A stretch of 64,000 nucleotides of DNA, from the NCBI RefSeq assembly GCF_001194135.2, contig NC_068990.1:15711711-15775710 (forward strand). The letters are read 5' to 3'. Numbering within the stretch: position 1 is the first letter of the stretch; the number at the start of each line of letters is the position of its first letter. Of the stretch, positions 1 to 60,201 are shown one piece after another. The position numbers were made by a program, and so were the translations under genes. Below the pieces are notes generated by a model, which was given only the letters and a program-made list of their open reading frames with translations, was not told the DNA's origin and did not search any database. The DNA is from Octopus bimaculoides (lineage: Eukaryota).

Positions 1-239
1 AATTCATTTCCAATATTCTGTAAGAATGTGTCTGGCCATGGATAAATATTACTTTACTAGAAACAGGTGAGGACCGGCAACAAGAAGGACATACAGCCAT
101 AGAAGATCTGCCTCAATGAACTATCCAACCCATGCAAGCATGGAGAAAGTGGATGTTAAAACGAGTGGGGAATGACTGAGACAAGTGAAATATGAAACTC
201 CTTAAAAACACAACACAGCTAACAATTAAAAGAAATCAT

Positions 240-650
240 TTAATGCCCACTTTTCCATGCTTGCATGGGTCAGATGGAATTCATTGTACTAGATTTTCTA
301 TGGTTGGATGCCTCTCCTGTCACCAAACTTCTGTTTCCAAGTAAGGTAATATTTCCCGTTGGATAAATGTGTTTTCATGGAAAACTAGAAATGAAGCAAG
401 AGACTGCTAGTATGATGGTGGCAGCTGTTTACAATTATTACATGATGTCAAGACAAAGGGACAAACACATACAAATGCGTGTGCACACACAAGTTTTTCG
501 TCACTTTCCATGGAAAAAAAGATCCACTCATGAGTCTTTGGTCAGCTCAGAGCTATAGTAGAAGACACTTGCCCAAAATGCCATACGGTGGGATTGAACC
601 TAAAACCGTATGGTGTAGGAGTGAACTTATTAACCACGTAGCCATGTCTG
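240..650 (-). mobile_element. Composite tRNA-headed SINE with RTE-like tail (representative copy)
   Basis: Head gtggttaataagttcact...ggttcaatcccac, (TG)n, tail ...ccatgcaagcatggaaaagtgg. Similar copies at about 18020-18400(-), 33420-33820(+) and 40920-41310(-). Confidence 0.7.
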
Positions 651-884
651 TGCCAAATAGCTTTTTTTTTGGGGGGGGGGGGGCTTCAGGTCAATAAATG
701 AGAGCCTTAATTAGTTTAAACTATTTGGCTCTCTCTCACCCTAAGAGCTAATAAGACAGAAAAGAAAAGAAAACAATAAAGAAAACAAAACTGGTCATTG
801 AAGAATATGTTGTAACAATAAAGCAAATAAGAAAAGAAATTTTGTTTAGCATCGAAAAATGTTAAGTGAGAAAGTGAGACTCAC

Positions 885-48285
<47,401 letters not shown>

Positions 48286-48579
48286 GGTAGAAGTGTAAGG
48301 AGATTCTTTCTCTCAATTTATAACCCTTTTCGTTGGCAATTGCTGTTGTTTTAATACAATGTTGTTTTTAAAAAATGGTGTATGTATAAATATAAATGTT
48401 TGTTTCTCTGTATATGTGTGTGTGTCTGTGTATGGTTGTGTCTGAGAAGTGTAGTATTATTTAGTTGTTCGCAGAAAAAAAAAGGTATCACATTTGTTCT
48501 ATTGGAAGCCTTTAAACTACAGCAGGCGTCAGACTAACGACAGAAGAACAGTCAAGGCAGCTTTCATTCTCGTTCCTTA

Positions 48580-48960
48580 GAGAACTGAGTGAAGGAGACG
48601 ATAGAGAGACAGACAGAGGCTAAGCTAAATAATAAATGTCAACCCAAAGCTTTGTGTGTAATTAATTAACTAAAACAAAAAAGAAAGAAAAGGCAACATA
48701 TATGCTGTTGCGCCAACAAAATTGGCCCACCAAATCTTGACCATCCACAAATAGTTAAATACCGCCTATTCCGCCCCTGGTAGTTTAGGCTCAGACCATA
48801 AAATCAACAAAGATATCCAGACCCCTTCTTCGAGGAACGGCAGTGGCGGCCGTTAGCAAATTTCAAACTTGTCATGCGCTTGCGCAACTTCCGCTTGTAC
48901 GGCCGTCTCTTTACTGCAGCTTAGTAACTACACCAAACATGGCATCACGTGGCTAATAAC
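48580..48960 (-). promoter_or_regulatory. Probable kinesin-13 promoter
   Basis: CpG-rich cluster 300-700 bp upstream of the ATG: Inr-like TCAGTT (48583-48588), CCAAT (48721-48725), GGGGCGG (48771-48777), TTTGAA (48862-48867), TGCGCTTGCGCA (48875-48886), ACTTCCG (48887-48893), CACGTG near 48946. Confidence 0.65.
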
Positions 48961-51573
48961 GCACCTGCTCAACTAATTGCTGCTTACCATTTCAGTTTGA
49001 TTTTTTCGTCTTTCGTGTGTTGTTTAGCTCCAGATCATCCCTGATTGAGCAGATCAAAGGTGTTCTAACAGCCATGACTATCTCCTCATAATTTTCTATG
49101 TCTATGACAACACTGTCAGTTCTGTCCTTTTTTTCAAAAAAAAAAAACTGTCAGGGTGTGATTTGGCAGTTCTTTCAGATTTCGGGCAACCATGTATAGG
49201 CTCCCTTCATTTATTCATTCATGTGCTGTTTATCCCCTTATTAAGAAGTTCAAAGGGGTTCTAACAGCCATGACCATTTCATGATTTTAAATGTCAATTA
49301 CATCTCTCTCTTTATTAAGAACTGTTAGGGTGTGATTTAGCAGCTATTTCTCACATCTCGGACAACCATGTATAAGGTCCGTCTTATTTGCTCATTCATA
49401 TGGAGTTTCTCAATGACTACCTCAGCATCAAATGTGGTTTCTAATTTATTTAGTTATGTGTGTATATGTTTATTTTGCTGTGGTTGCTTGCTCTGGCCGC
49501 GTATAAGTTGGTGTGCACAGGTAAAAAAGGAAAGAAAATTATATTTCGGGATGAGAGAGAAAGATCGAGAATATCATACATTTTGGGCGTTATTTGTCTC
49601 TATAGCAGCTTTAATTGAACTGTCATTAAAAGATTTCGTACTTATAGTGTATCTGGAAATGTCTTCCCTTTTTAAAGACGCTATGATGGTGTGGGGGGGG
49701 GGACAATGTGGCTGCTATTTCTAGCGAACCGAGCGACTGCATTGATATTCCTTCGTTTTTGTAACTTTTCAAACTGACGAACAATTACTATTCACAAACC
49801 ATCCCATTCAGCTTGCATGTAATATAAATATACCCAGTAACTCGTTATATATACACACCTTTTATTAATTCGAAGCTGGAGCTTCACTCCAAATTTCTCC
49901 TCTCTCTCTCTCTCTCTCTCTCCAAACGTACACACATACATGAGCGAACAAATGAAAGAAAATAGCGTTCAACACGTTTGGTAGGCGTTACATATTTTAA
50001 TAACAGTTTGACTCAACTCCACATGACTTCAAGTTTCATATATGTATGTTACTTTTTGCAATGTTATCTATTGAAGAGTACGATTTTGAATTCACCTGTC
50101 ACATTCCTGCCAGTGACATGTTAACTTACCCCAGATCTTCCCTTTAACTACTATTAGGGTAGGAGTTAAGGTAGGAAAAATACAGAGTAGGAGACGTCAA
50201 CCAACTTAGCTCACGCATAATCGCTCGCCTTGCTAGAAATAGCAACCACGCCTCACTTAAATCACAACCTACAGACGAAAAAAAAAAGGAAAGACTTTAG
50301 ATAGTGTGATCCTAACAAGATATGATGGTCACAGTTGGACTATTTTAGATCATAAGTCTGCTCAATCAGGGCCGACTTGAGAACTAAATAAGTTTATATA
50401 TATAAACACACACACGCATATATGTATAAATACATATATGCATGTATACACGTATCCTAGATATGTAGTCACACACACATGTATATATACAAATTTGGAT
50501 ATACATACGTATACATGCATTCATAATCACACACACACGTATGTGTATATGTGCGCGCGCTCTTGTATGTAAGCGAACTCTACCCGTCTGCAGTTTCCTA
50601 AAACAATGCAGAAAGATTTCTGTTGGCGTTACAGAGTAACGCTTTTGTTTCTGTGCATGATAATCTGCAATCAAGCTCTCTATCTATTCTATGTTTTTAT
50701 ATAAACTCAAAGCTGAAACAAAGACGACAAGACAAAGTTTTATTGATTTTTTTCCCGGGGTAGAACATCCTAGTAACGAACTTGACACCACAATGCTGCC
50801 AGCAATGCGCATGTTCAACCAAGACGCCGCAGCTCGTCACTCATTCAAATAGTTGTTTTAAATAATTATTTTATTATATCGCCTAGAATCGCATCTACTA
50901 ACGGACGGATAAATATATTTCCTCACTGAAGCCCTTATCCTTTTTTCATTTTGGCCTGACATGTCTAATTTTCTCCTCTCAGATTTCATAACTTACTTGA
51001 TAGATTCCAAAGTGAAAGGCCAAGCCTTTCTTCGCCTTTTTACTCGAAGATGTTAAATTCGGTAGATTAATTACAAAACATGAGAAGAAAGAACCAAACG
51101 AAGTATTGTAAAGTATTTAGTCTGGCGCTATGCCGTCATAGAAATGTCAAACAATGTTAAATTGTTGTACAATACAAACTTATTGGAGAGGAACTGTATA
51201 GTTTTGTCGATCGTTTTCATTATGTTACTGGTACTTTTTTGTCGACGCCGTATAGATCAAAAGGCAGTAATATTTTTAAACTCAGGTTCATAGATACCCC
51301 GAAGCTATTCTTTCATAGCGAACCTGATGTCCTTGAAATCGTTAACAATATCGATTTGTGATTAAGCTAAGATGGTATAACAGTAAACTAAATGACCTTC
51401 AGTATTTAGTTAACGGTCTTCTTAGATTCAAATCTTACTGAGAACAACTTTGCATTTCACATGTTCGGGTTTGATAAAACAAATAATAATGACAATAATA
51501 TACCGTTAATTCTAATTAGCTACATATAACTATATATTTTATAAAGGATGGAATTAAATTGGTGCCGAGGCGT

Positions 51574-51690
51574 CAGTAGCGTAACAAAGGATGTACAAAG
51601 TACTGTCACTTGGTGATGGGGCAAACGTACGTGGAAGGTATGTTATGTTCAAGAAGGGGATAACCGCCCAAAATCCATGTTACACCACTG
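51574..51690. mobile_element. Small MITE with CAGT(A/G)G(C/T)GTAAC termini
   Basis: cagtagcgtaac ... gttacaccactg, 12-bp TIR with 2 transitions. Confidence 0.4.
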
Positions 51691-52476
51691 GTGAGTGTAG
51701 GCCGCTTCCAGCTATTATATAGAGCTCTCCTTAAATTTCTAATACATAAATATTTACCTTCATTTGGTAGAATACTACAAAACGGCGGAGAGGTTAGCGG
51801 TTTGCATCCAACACTGAAGGATTGCTATTTCCAATATTAACATGCTGAGCTCTTCTAATGGCCCCAGCCCACTTGGGTGTAAATTAGTACCTATGTAATT
51901 GATGAGTGATGCATTAGTTTTGATTTAGTTCTGCTGAAAAGATTACCAGCAATGAGGCTGGTTTCTCATTAACAAGGAGCTTTAGTCTCTGATCAACATA
52001 ACATTAATACGCACCAACCAACAAGTGTGTCTGGATTCACACAAAGATATATGTTACCCTAAAGCAAAGTATCACGTAAAGAGCACCCAGTACACTCTGT
52101 AAAGTGGTTGGCGTTAGGAAAGGGCATTCAGCTATAGAAACCAAGCCAAAACAGACTATGGGACTTAGTGTCGCCCCCAGCCTTGCCTGCTCCTATCAAG
52201 CTGTCCAACCGATGCCAGCATAGAAAACAGACGTTAAATGTTGATGATAAGATATATATATATAAGGATTTAGATAGAATCTGGTACTTCAAAAGATATG
52301 CACCCAGTAGGGTTGGATAAACCTGTGGTCACTGCCTTCGGTTGATAAATATCAAAACCCTGTGAGTATTTAGCGCTCAGGGGCTGATTCAAAGCACACG
52401 TTACGTTGATTGTACGTTGTTGGTATACTCCAGGGTATCCGACTTGTCGTAAATCCCTATGTTGTATTATAATCAA

Positions 52477-52773
52477 ATGAATACTAACAGACGACGGATA
52501 ATTACCAGTTCATTACAGCCGTTTCTTACGCATCTTTTAATAGAAGAATGAGAATATTGCTTCATTGCAAAAAAACCGTAATCATCAGATGAAACATAAT
52601 TTCAAAAACAACAGAATACAACAGGGACGTCCCAGCTCTGTTTTTGAAAATATGTTTCATCTGATAAAATGTTTCTTTTTGCAATGAAGTAATGTTCTCA
52701 TTCTTCTATTTTAAAAATGTGCAAGAAATGGCTGTAATGAGCTGGTAATTATCCATCATCTGTTATTATTCAT
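52477..52773. mobile_element. Fold-back palindromic MITE-like element
   Basis: About 130-bp imperfect inverted arms around a short spacer. Confidence 0.65.
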
Positions 52774-52962
52774 ATATATATATATATATCATCATCATCA
52801 CCACCATTTAACGTCCACTTTCCATGCTAGCATGGGTTGGACGATTTGACTGAGGACTGGCGAAGCGGATGGCTACACCAGGCTCCAATCTGATCTGGCA
52901 GAGTTTCTACAGCTGGAGGCCCTTCCTAACGCCAACCACTCCAAGAGTGTAGTGGGTGCTGT

Positions 52963-52999
52963 ATATATATATATATATATATGTGTATGTATATATATG

Positions 53000-53030
<31 letters not shown>

Positions 53031-53085
53031 ATATACATATATGCATACTTATATATATATGTGTGTATATCTATCTATCTATTTA

Positions 53086-53142
<57 letters not shown>
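52963..53142. repeat. Compound (TA)n/(TG)n microsatellite
   Basis: Direct reading. Similar tracts at about 14405-14476, 14660-14778, 23225-23345, 41665-41722, 46660-46880, 50395-50560 and 54255-54360. Confidence 0.95.
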
Positions 53143-54319
53143 GAGACAAGGTGTACAAGAAGAGAAGGCAAGGAAATGTGAGCGAGGGGGAACGAAAGAA
53201 CGAATGTCATAATACAAACAGATATACACACAAGTGCCATCCATTCATGGGACAATAAACATTTTCTTAGACTATAAATTCTTTTACTAAATAAATGAAT
53301 TTTATAAGGAAATAATATGAGTATAAAAGGAACTCTCTGCATAATAATAACTGATATAAATATTATTTGGTTGGTTGGTTGGTTAGTTGATAGTTATATT
53401 TTCTGATAAGTTAATCAGCATGTGATAAGTAACACTGGTATATGATAGTTTCAAATTTTGGCGCAGGGGCAGTAGGGAAATCAATTACATCGAACCCCCA
53501 CCCCACCCTGTATTTGACTGGTAGTGGTATTTATTTTATCAACCCTAAAAGAATGACAACCAAAGTCAACCCCAGCAGAATTTGAATTCAGAATATAAAG
53601 GCAAAACTGTTAGCCTTTTTTTGTCCAGTATGCTAAGGGTTCTGCCAGCTCACTACCCTACTCTAGTGATATAATAAAAACTTGTGAAAAAAAAATGACT
53701 GAGACACAGATAATATATATAACATATATATAAAACAATGGACGAGATGATTTGTAGTATTTCATTACATCCCTTTATATTCTAGTTTGCAAATTCTATT
53801 GGAATCAACTTTATCTTACGTCCTTCTGGAATTGATAAAATAAATACCCCTCGAGTACATAGATCAGTGTAATTAGTTATACTCTTCCATGCAAATTCAT
53901 GGCCTTCAGCTAATAAATCAGTATTTAGTTGCATTCTAAATTTACAGACTCTCATGACCAATTCTATTTTTCTCCCGTTTGGGAAGGAGAAAAACTACCA
54001 GTTATATGCTGGGTTGATTAAATTAACCTCATTGCACCAACAAAGTTTGTAGCCAAGTGTTAAAGATCAATATACATTTAAGTCAATGAAGGAGCCTATT
54101 TCTCACACACATACACATATATAAATATACAAGCACATCTACATATAGATAGATAGATACCAATGTAAACCTACTTGTTTAAATTCAATGAATATATTTA
54201 TTGAAATAGCCTTTATTATCTCATAAAGGAATCATACTCCAGTATATATGCATTTTATAATTACACATACACACAATGTGTGTGTGTGCATATATATATA
54301 TATATATATACACATACAT

Positions 54320-54357
<38 letters not shown>

Positions 54358-55224
54358 GTACTCTTGCTTAGATATTAACATACCTTTGTGTGAATGCATG
54401 CACACCATTGTTTCATGGTTGCCAGGAGATAACCCAGCACTCAGTGTATCTGTATGTTGCATTACTTTATATTGATCTATCCAATCGAAATAGCTTAAGG
54501 GAATGACTGTCTCTGCATAAATCTTGTCCAATTTAACCCTTTGAATATGTGTATTGAATTATAACTAAATTGAAAATAACGATGACAGGTTTAGTAAACT
54601 AACTTTATTTGGAAATATACAATTTTCATTTCAAGTTTAATTATAGTAGAGTTATTTTATTAAATTTTTCATAATTTTCCAGATTAACTGGAACAAAACC
54701 AGTCTATTTCAACAGAATTATATCAACAAAAAGGTTAATTCAAGAAGTTTGTATCATTGAACTAGGACCAGTCTCAGGTAGGTTAGTATCAAAGAACAAA
54801 CGATCCATATTAATTGTTTAACATTATCACTGTTTCAGCAACAACCAAGAGAAATGTATCAATAAACTTTATTTAGTCACATAGTACATCTAAAAAGATA
54901 GCAGTCAATCCATTGAAGTGTTGAATCAACACTTTGTGGTATCTGTTCAACTTGTTTGTGTTCTGCACTTAAATTCCACCTAAGTTTACTTTATTACTAA
55001 CTGGGACTCCATTAGCTATGACGATAAGCATTCCTGTTGATCTGATCAACAGAACATCCTGCTCGTGAAATGTGCAAGTGGTTAAGCACTCTACAAACAT
55101 GCATATCCTCAACATGGATCTCAGAAAGATTCAGCATGACACAGCAACCTTTGAAATACAGGTACTACTCATCTCGTTTTTGTTAGCTGAGTGAACTGCA
55201 GCAATGTGAAATAAAGTGTCTTTA

Positions 55225-55731
55225 TCTATATCTATAAAAGGCAGGATGTGTGTGTGTATATGAATGTACTTTATGCATGTCCACAAATTAGCATGCATGT
55301 TGCTCCAATTTTAGGAGGACATTGGTCACAACCATGGCTGTGCTTTTGTCAACTTATTTTTCCTGAGGCACCCCCAGGTAGCGGTAAAAATAGCTTTTCA
55401 ACCATAACTTTTACCAATTTTCGCATCAATGAAATCTGTAAGTTTGCTAACATGAATTAAATCCCCTGTCTTATAGATTAATTCACCCTACTACAATGCC
55501 TCCGAAAAAAATTAGATTTCGATTACCTAAGTAATCTCAGCGTAGGAAAAAAGAAAGAGCTGAAGAGATTATTAGCAAAATATTATAACTTTTTGGGCTG
55601 AAATCTGGCACTAAAAGCTTGCGGATATTCCGCTACAAAACATTTAATATCAAAGCAATAACTTTCATAAATCATAGAATAATTTTTGAAGACTCTTTCT
55701 GAACCCAGTCAATGACGGGTATTTCTGCTAG
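55225..55731 (+). mobile_element. Non-autonomous Helitron
   Basis: A|TC 5' end, 3' hairpin acccagtc-aat-gacgggt, then CTAG|T. No TSD. It interrupts a SINE-like sequence. Confidence 0.8.
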
Positions 55732-56671
55732 TCATAAATAAAGTCTTGCTCAGGAATCGAATTCATGACCTTGCAATTGTGAGCTGAATACTTCACCCAC
55801 TAAGCCATGCACCTTCACAGGTATATAAAATAAGTCTGAGTCAGTCATGTTCTAGGTTTGATTCTTCTGTCTCTCAGAATTAAGTTCACTGCAATGAGAA
55901 GAATAAGTACCAGACTGTCCAGTCTTCCTTTTTCCCAAGACAACTGTTTCTCCTCTATTGTCATAAATGGCTCTAGCAGAGAAGATCTCCATCATTTGAT
56001 CATGACGATTCAGTTGTTTGATTGACTGAATTACCTGCCCCTGAATTAATATGTTAATGGCTGAGTATTCCATAGACATGTGCACCCTTTATGCAACTCT
56101 AAGGTAGAATCAGTATGACATTATGAAGAGAGAAATAATTATACCCTTTGAATTACAAGTATCCTATCAGAGTATGGCACACACACACACTCACAAATGA
56201 TCAGATAGTGATTCAATTATTCTAGAAAGATTATTACTAAATTATTGGCCATGTGGTTATGTATATATATATATATATATATATAATGGTCCTGAAAGTG
56301 TTGAAAATCAGAGTATTCCAATGTAGCACTCATTCTGGATTCAAGGCTATCTACACTCAAGGATGATTGAAATAGTGTAGAACATCCAGATATTACACCA
56401 GAAAATTCAATGTGCTAGTCTTCTTCTAATTCTACCTTTGGCACGTAAAAAGTACCCACTACTCTTGGAGTGGTTGGTGTTAGGAAGGGCATCCAGCTGT
56501 AGAAACCTTATCAGATCAGATTGGAGCTTGGTGCAGCTGCTAGCTTTCCAGACCTCAAACCGTCCAACCCATGCCAGCATGGAAAATGGATGTTAATCAA
56601 TGATGATAATTATCTAGGTCCTGTCTGCTCTTTCACCATTTTTATCATTTTATAATTATTGTTTCTTCTTG

Positions 56672-57298
56672 ATCATCATCGTCGTCGTTTAATGTCTGCT
56701 TTCCATGCTGGCATGGGCTGGAAAGTTTGAATGAGAGCTGGCAAGCTAGAAGACCGCACCATGGATACCCTTACTAATGCCAACCACTCTAAGAGTGTAG
56801 TGGGTGCTTTTTATGAGCCACTGGCATGGACCAGTCAGCTGGCACTGGCATCAACCATGCTCAAATGGTGCTTTTTATGTGCCATTGGCAACGATCATGC
56901 TCAAATGGTGCTTTTTATGTGCCACCAGCATGGGACCAGACAGGTGGCACTGGCATCAACCATGCTCAAATGGTGCTTTTTACATGCCACCAGCACAGTT
57001 GCCAATCAGGCGGTATTGTCATCAGCTACAGCAATGACTTCACTCAACTCAAAAGATCTTCGCAAGTGCAGTTAATTGCCCAATGATTGAAGGGTATTCT
57101 TAAATGGGCCAGTTATGCTGCACTGGCATAGGCCATGGTTACGGCCTCACTTGGCTTGTCGGGTCTTCTCAAGCACAGCATATCCCCAAAGGTCTCGATC
57201 ACTTGTCATCGCCTCCATGAGGCCCAACGTTTGAAGGTTGTGCTTCACCACCTCATCCCAGGTCTTCCTGGGTTTACCTCTTCCACAGGTTCCTTCTA
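56672..57298 (-). mobile_element. 5'-truncated RTE-type LINE 3' end
   Basis: ORF2 C-terminus VEGTCGRGKPRKTWDEVVK..SDRDLW..AK-stop, then a 3' UTR with tandem ggcacataaaaagcaccatttgagcatg units and a (GAC/GAT)n tail. Confidence 0.85.
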
Positions 57299-59582
57299 CT
57301 GATATAAGCACCATAGGCTTATATAATTTAAGAGCACACCTCTGTTGCAAGTCTGATGACATGCCATTCCAATGTTTAAAATTGCAAATACTATGCAACT
57401 TTTCACATGGCTCTCTCAAAAAAAAGGAACGTTTCACCATCCAACTATAAAAACAATCCTTTCTAGTGGTACAAAACACAAAATTCGGCAGAACGAGGCT
57501 AGTCGATTACCCGGACTTATTTATTGTAATGACCCCAAGAGGATGAAAGGTAAAGTCAGCCTAACGACTGACCAAATGCAAGCATTTTGTCTGGCATGCC
57601 AAAACAAAGGATCAGAAGCTGCAGGGTAGAAGGGAGACAATCATGTCAGAGATGAAATCTCCACAATGCCACTGATATATAAAATTGGATTCAACAAGAC
57701 ATACAAACGTAAAAAGGTTCCATGGTTCTGAGCTTTATCCAACCCGCACTGACATGGATGTAAAAAGGGGAGATCTCATGACCCCAATATATAAATATAT
57801 AATTAAGTAGTCACCCCAAGTTAATAGTTTACCTTGGATTTTTAAACTTTGCGAATTGCTATCCTGGGCTGTGACCTAGACCACATAAAACAGCTTGGTA
57901 TTAAAATTAGTCGTTTCAGGGCACATCCTCCTTTCCTTCATGGAACCAAACAATGGCTCTTTCAAGACTTCACTACTGTAAATCCTTAAAATGATTTTTT
58001 TGTCTGAAATGCTGTGTTGTAGCCCTCAAATCACTGAACTTTGGTTTGCATAAAAATGGTCACTAAACTCACCAGTTTTCTTCTTGACCATTCATAGTAA
58101 TCACACATGCACTGGACCAAAGTAGTAAAGCACTAATCTGCTCCTTCTTAGACAAAACCAAAGTCCAAGATAGGTGAATTAACCATTTAGCATTCAGATT
58201 ACTGTCAGACATATTGCTCACTTATTCAAACTGGTTTGATTTAATCACGCATTATTTCCTATCTCTGAAATTTCAATGTGATTGTATACCTTTTAGATTG
58301 ACATTGCATTTTAAGTGCGAGGTGCCAAATCCAGCACAGGTTTGAATATAAAATATGTAAAATATTTGGGGCCAGATATGGTTGGTTTAAATCTAATATG
58401 TATATTTACAAATCCTATTAAGTAATCTGAATCTAGTTTATCAACACTCACAGATGTCTCACCAATAGTAAAATGTCAACTTTATGACATTTCTATCTCC
58501 ACACCTGCACAGGTCAGCTGAGATATGGACTTGCAGAATGAACAACTCTCAAGTGAATGTCACTACATTTCATGAGCTCTTAAATCAGCCTGGAAGATGC
58601 TGTAGTTTGGATGTTGATATGTTAATGTTTACCAGCTTGGGAAATACAATTAGGTACAGAATTGGCATTGGGAATTATTCCTTTGAGATGAATGACAAGA
58701 ACAGGGATTTGTCTATGAGAACAGCTATCCACTAAAGAATGCTCTTAGAATGGAAAAAAAAAAAAAACTACAACCAAATATTTTATATGGGTGTGAGGAT
58801 TCGGCAGGCATGTTGTATGTTTGTGTCTCAGTCTTGACACCACTTCTGAGTTGTATAATGCTGTCATACAAAGTTGCTGATTCTGCAGAAATATTTGCCC
58901 ACAGAATATGGCTAAGACACATGCCTACCAAATCCACCCTCACACAGAAAGACTGAACCACACATACAAAGGACATACTGGGATAGCCCCCCCCCCCATC
59001 TNNNNNNNNNNGATAGCCCCCCCCCCCATCTCATTCTTGCGTGACTATAGTGGATACCCATACTAAAAGCACTCCCCCTATTCTTGTCAGAACCACAATG
59101 CATCCAGTGTAGTTAAAAGTAACATTACTCGTACAAGAATAACCTCCACCACCAATTCTGCATGTAACAGTATTTCCAAAGCTGATAGACACTAACATCT
59201 AAAGTGCAGCAACATACACTAAAGGGAAATTATAGAGTTAATGTTACAAGAACCAAATTGTTGTCCAGCATAATTTAGCAATTTTTTAATTTTTGGAAGG
59301 GAGACAACACTGGATCACTACTAAGTTCCCAGCCAGAGGTGGAACTCCCAAAAACAAGAATTGTTACTAAACATGAGCGCACGAAAGCTTTTATATATAC
59401 ACCAACAGAATAAGCACTAGGCTTACAAAGAACATACCCCAGGGTCGATTTGTTCGACTAAAGACGGTAATCCAGCATAGCCGCAGTCAAATGACAAACA
59501 AATAAAAGAATAGAAGAAACGCATCTTAATATACTTCAACTCAACTCTTTTGACACCAATGTGCCCAACACTACTGATGCTG

Positions 59583-59620
<38 letters not shown>

Positions 59621-59825
59621 AAAAACATCCTGTCAAAATTTCTTGCTAATCTATGTTCCCAACACCAGCTTCATAATGATCTGGCTATTCTACTAAATCA
59701 AAGTTGCACTATATGCTCATATTTGTATAACAACCATGCTAAACTTCCATATATAACATCAATAATAAGAATAAGAAACTCAATATAAAAATAATAAAAT
59801 AACAACAATGTGATTGAGCAGAGCA

Positions 59826-59831
59826 TTTATT
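59826..59831 (-). terminator. RPLP1 polyadenylation signal AATAAA
   Basis: About 30 nt after the stop codon, followed by a GT/T-rich downstream tract. Confidence 0.75.
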
Positions 59832-59860
59832 TACACCTCATTAATCTCTTGCAAAGCTCC

Positions 59861-59874
59861 TCAGTCAAACAAAC
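59861..59874 (-). CDS. RPLP1: RPLP1 last coding exon, (G)LFD-stop
   Basis: Acceptor ttttttcag-like tract then GT TTG TTT GAC TGA, completing the DDDMGFGLFD motif. Confidence 0.93.
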
Positions 59875-60141
59875 CTGAAAAATAAAAATAAACCGAAGTG
59901 AATAATTAGCAACAAGTGTCAAGATAAACATTAACAGTTACATTGTCTTTAAACAATGAATAATCAACCAGACTTGTGTATCACATGTGACACACACACA
60001 TTCTCAATTCCTATCTATCAGCAGAGTAACTTGGGACTTATGAAAGGAAAGCTTTACATTTCTTAACACATGAAACAAAGGTTAACTAAAAGACTTGAAA
60101 ACAAGTACGGAAGCTACTGGCAAAACTTTCTCTATACTTAC

Positions 60142-60201
60142 CAAAGCCCATGTCATCATCTGACTCCTCTGATTCTTCTTTCTTCTCCTCTTTCTTTTCT
60201 T
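60142..60201 (-). CDS. RPLP1: RPLP1 exon, EEKKEEKKEESEESDDDMGF(G)
   Basis: Conserved P-protein acidic C-terminus. Acceptor ttgcag, donor G|gtaagt, 60 bp. Confidence 0.96.

Noticed and set aside
48983-48990. ATG|gtaagc that looks like a start-codon-only first exon
   Set aside because: The ATG at 48285 has no acceptor just upstream and promoter motifs lie between the two, so it is not needed for the gene model.
51783-51835. tRNA-like A-box sequence, and the many tRNA-like heads elsewhere
   Set aside because: No complete cloverleaf; these are SINE heads, not tRNA genes.
52270-52476. 68-aa ORF in CpG-rich sequence next to the fold-back element
   Set aside because: No homology recognised and no splice or start support.
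58484-58735. 83-aa + strand ORF
   Set aside because: No recognisable motif or splice context.
58982-59031. Direct repeat gatagccccccccccc-atct on both sides of a 10-N gap
   Set aside because: Typical unmerged contig overlap, so an assembly artefact.
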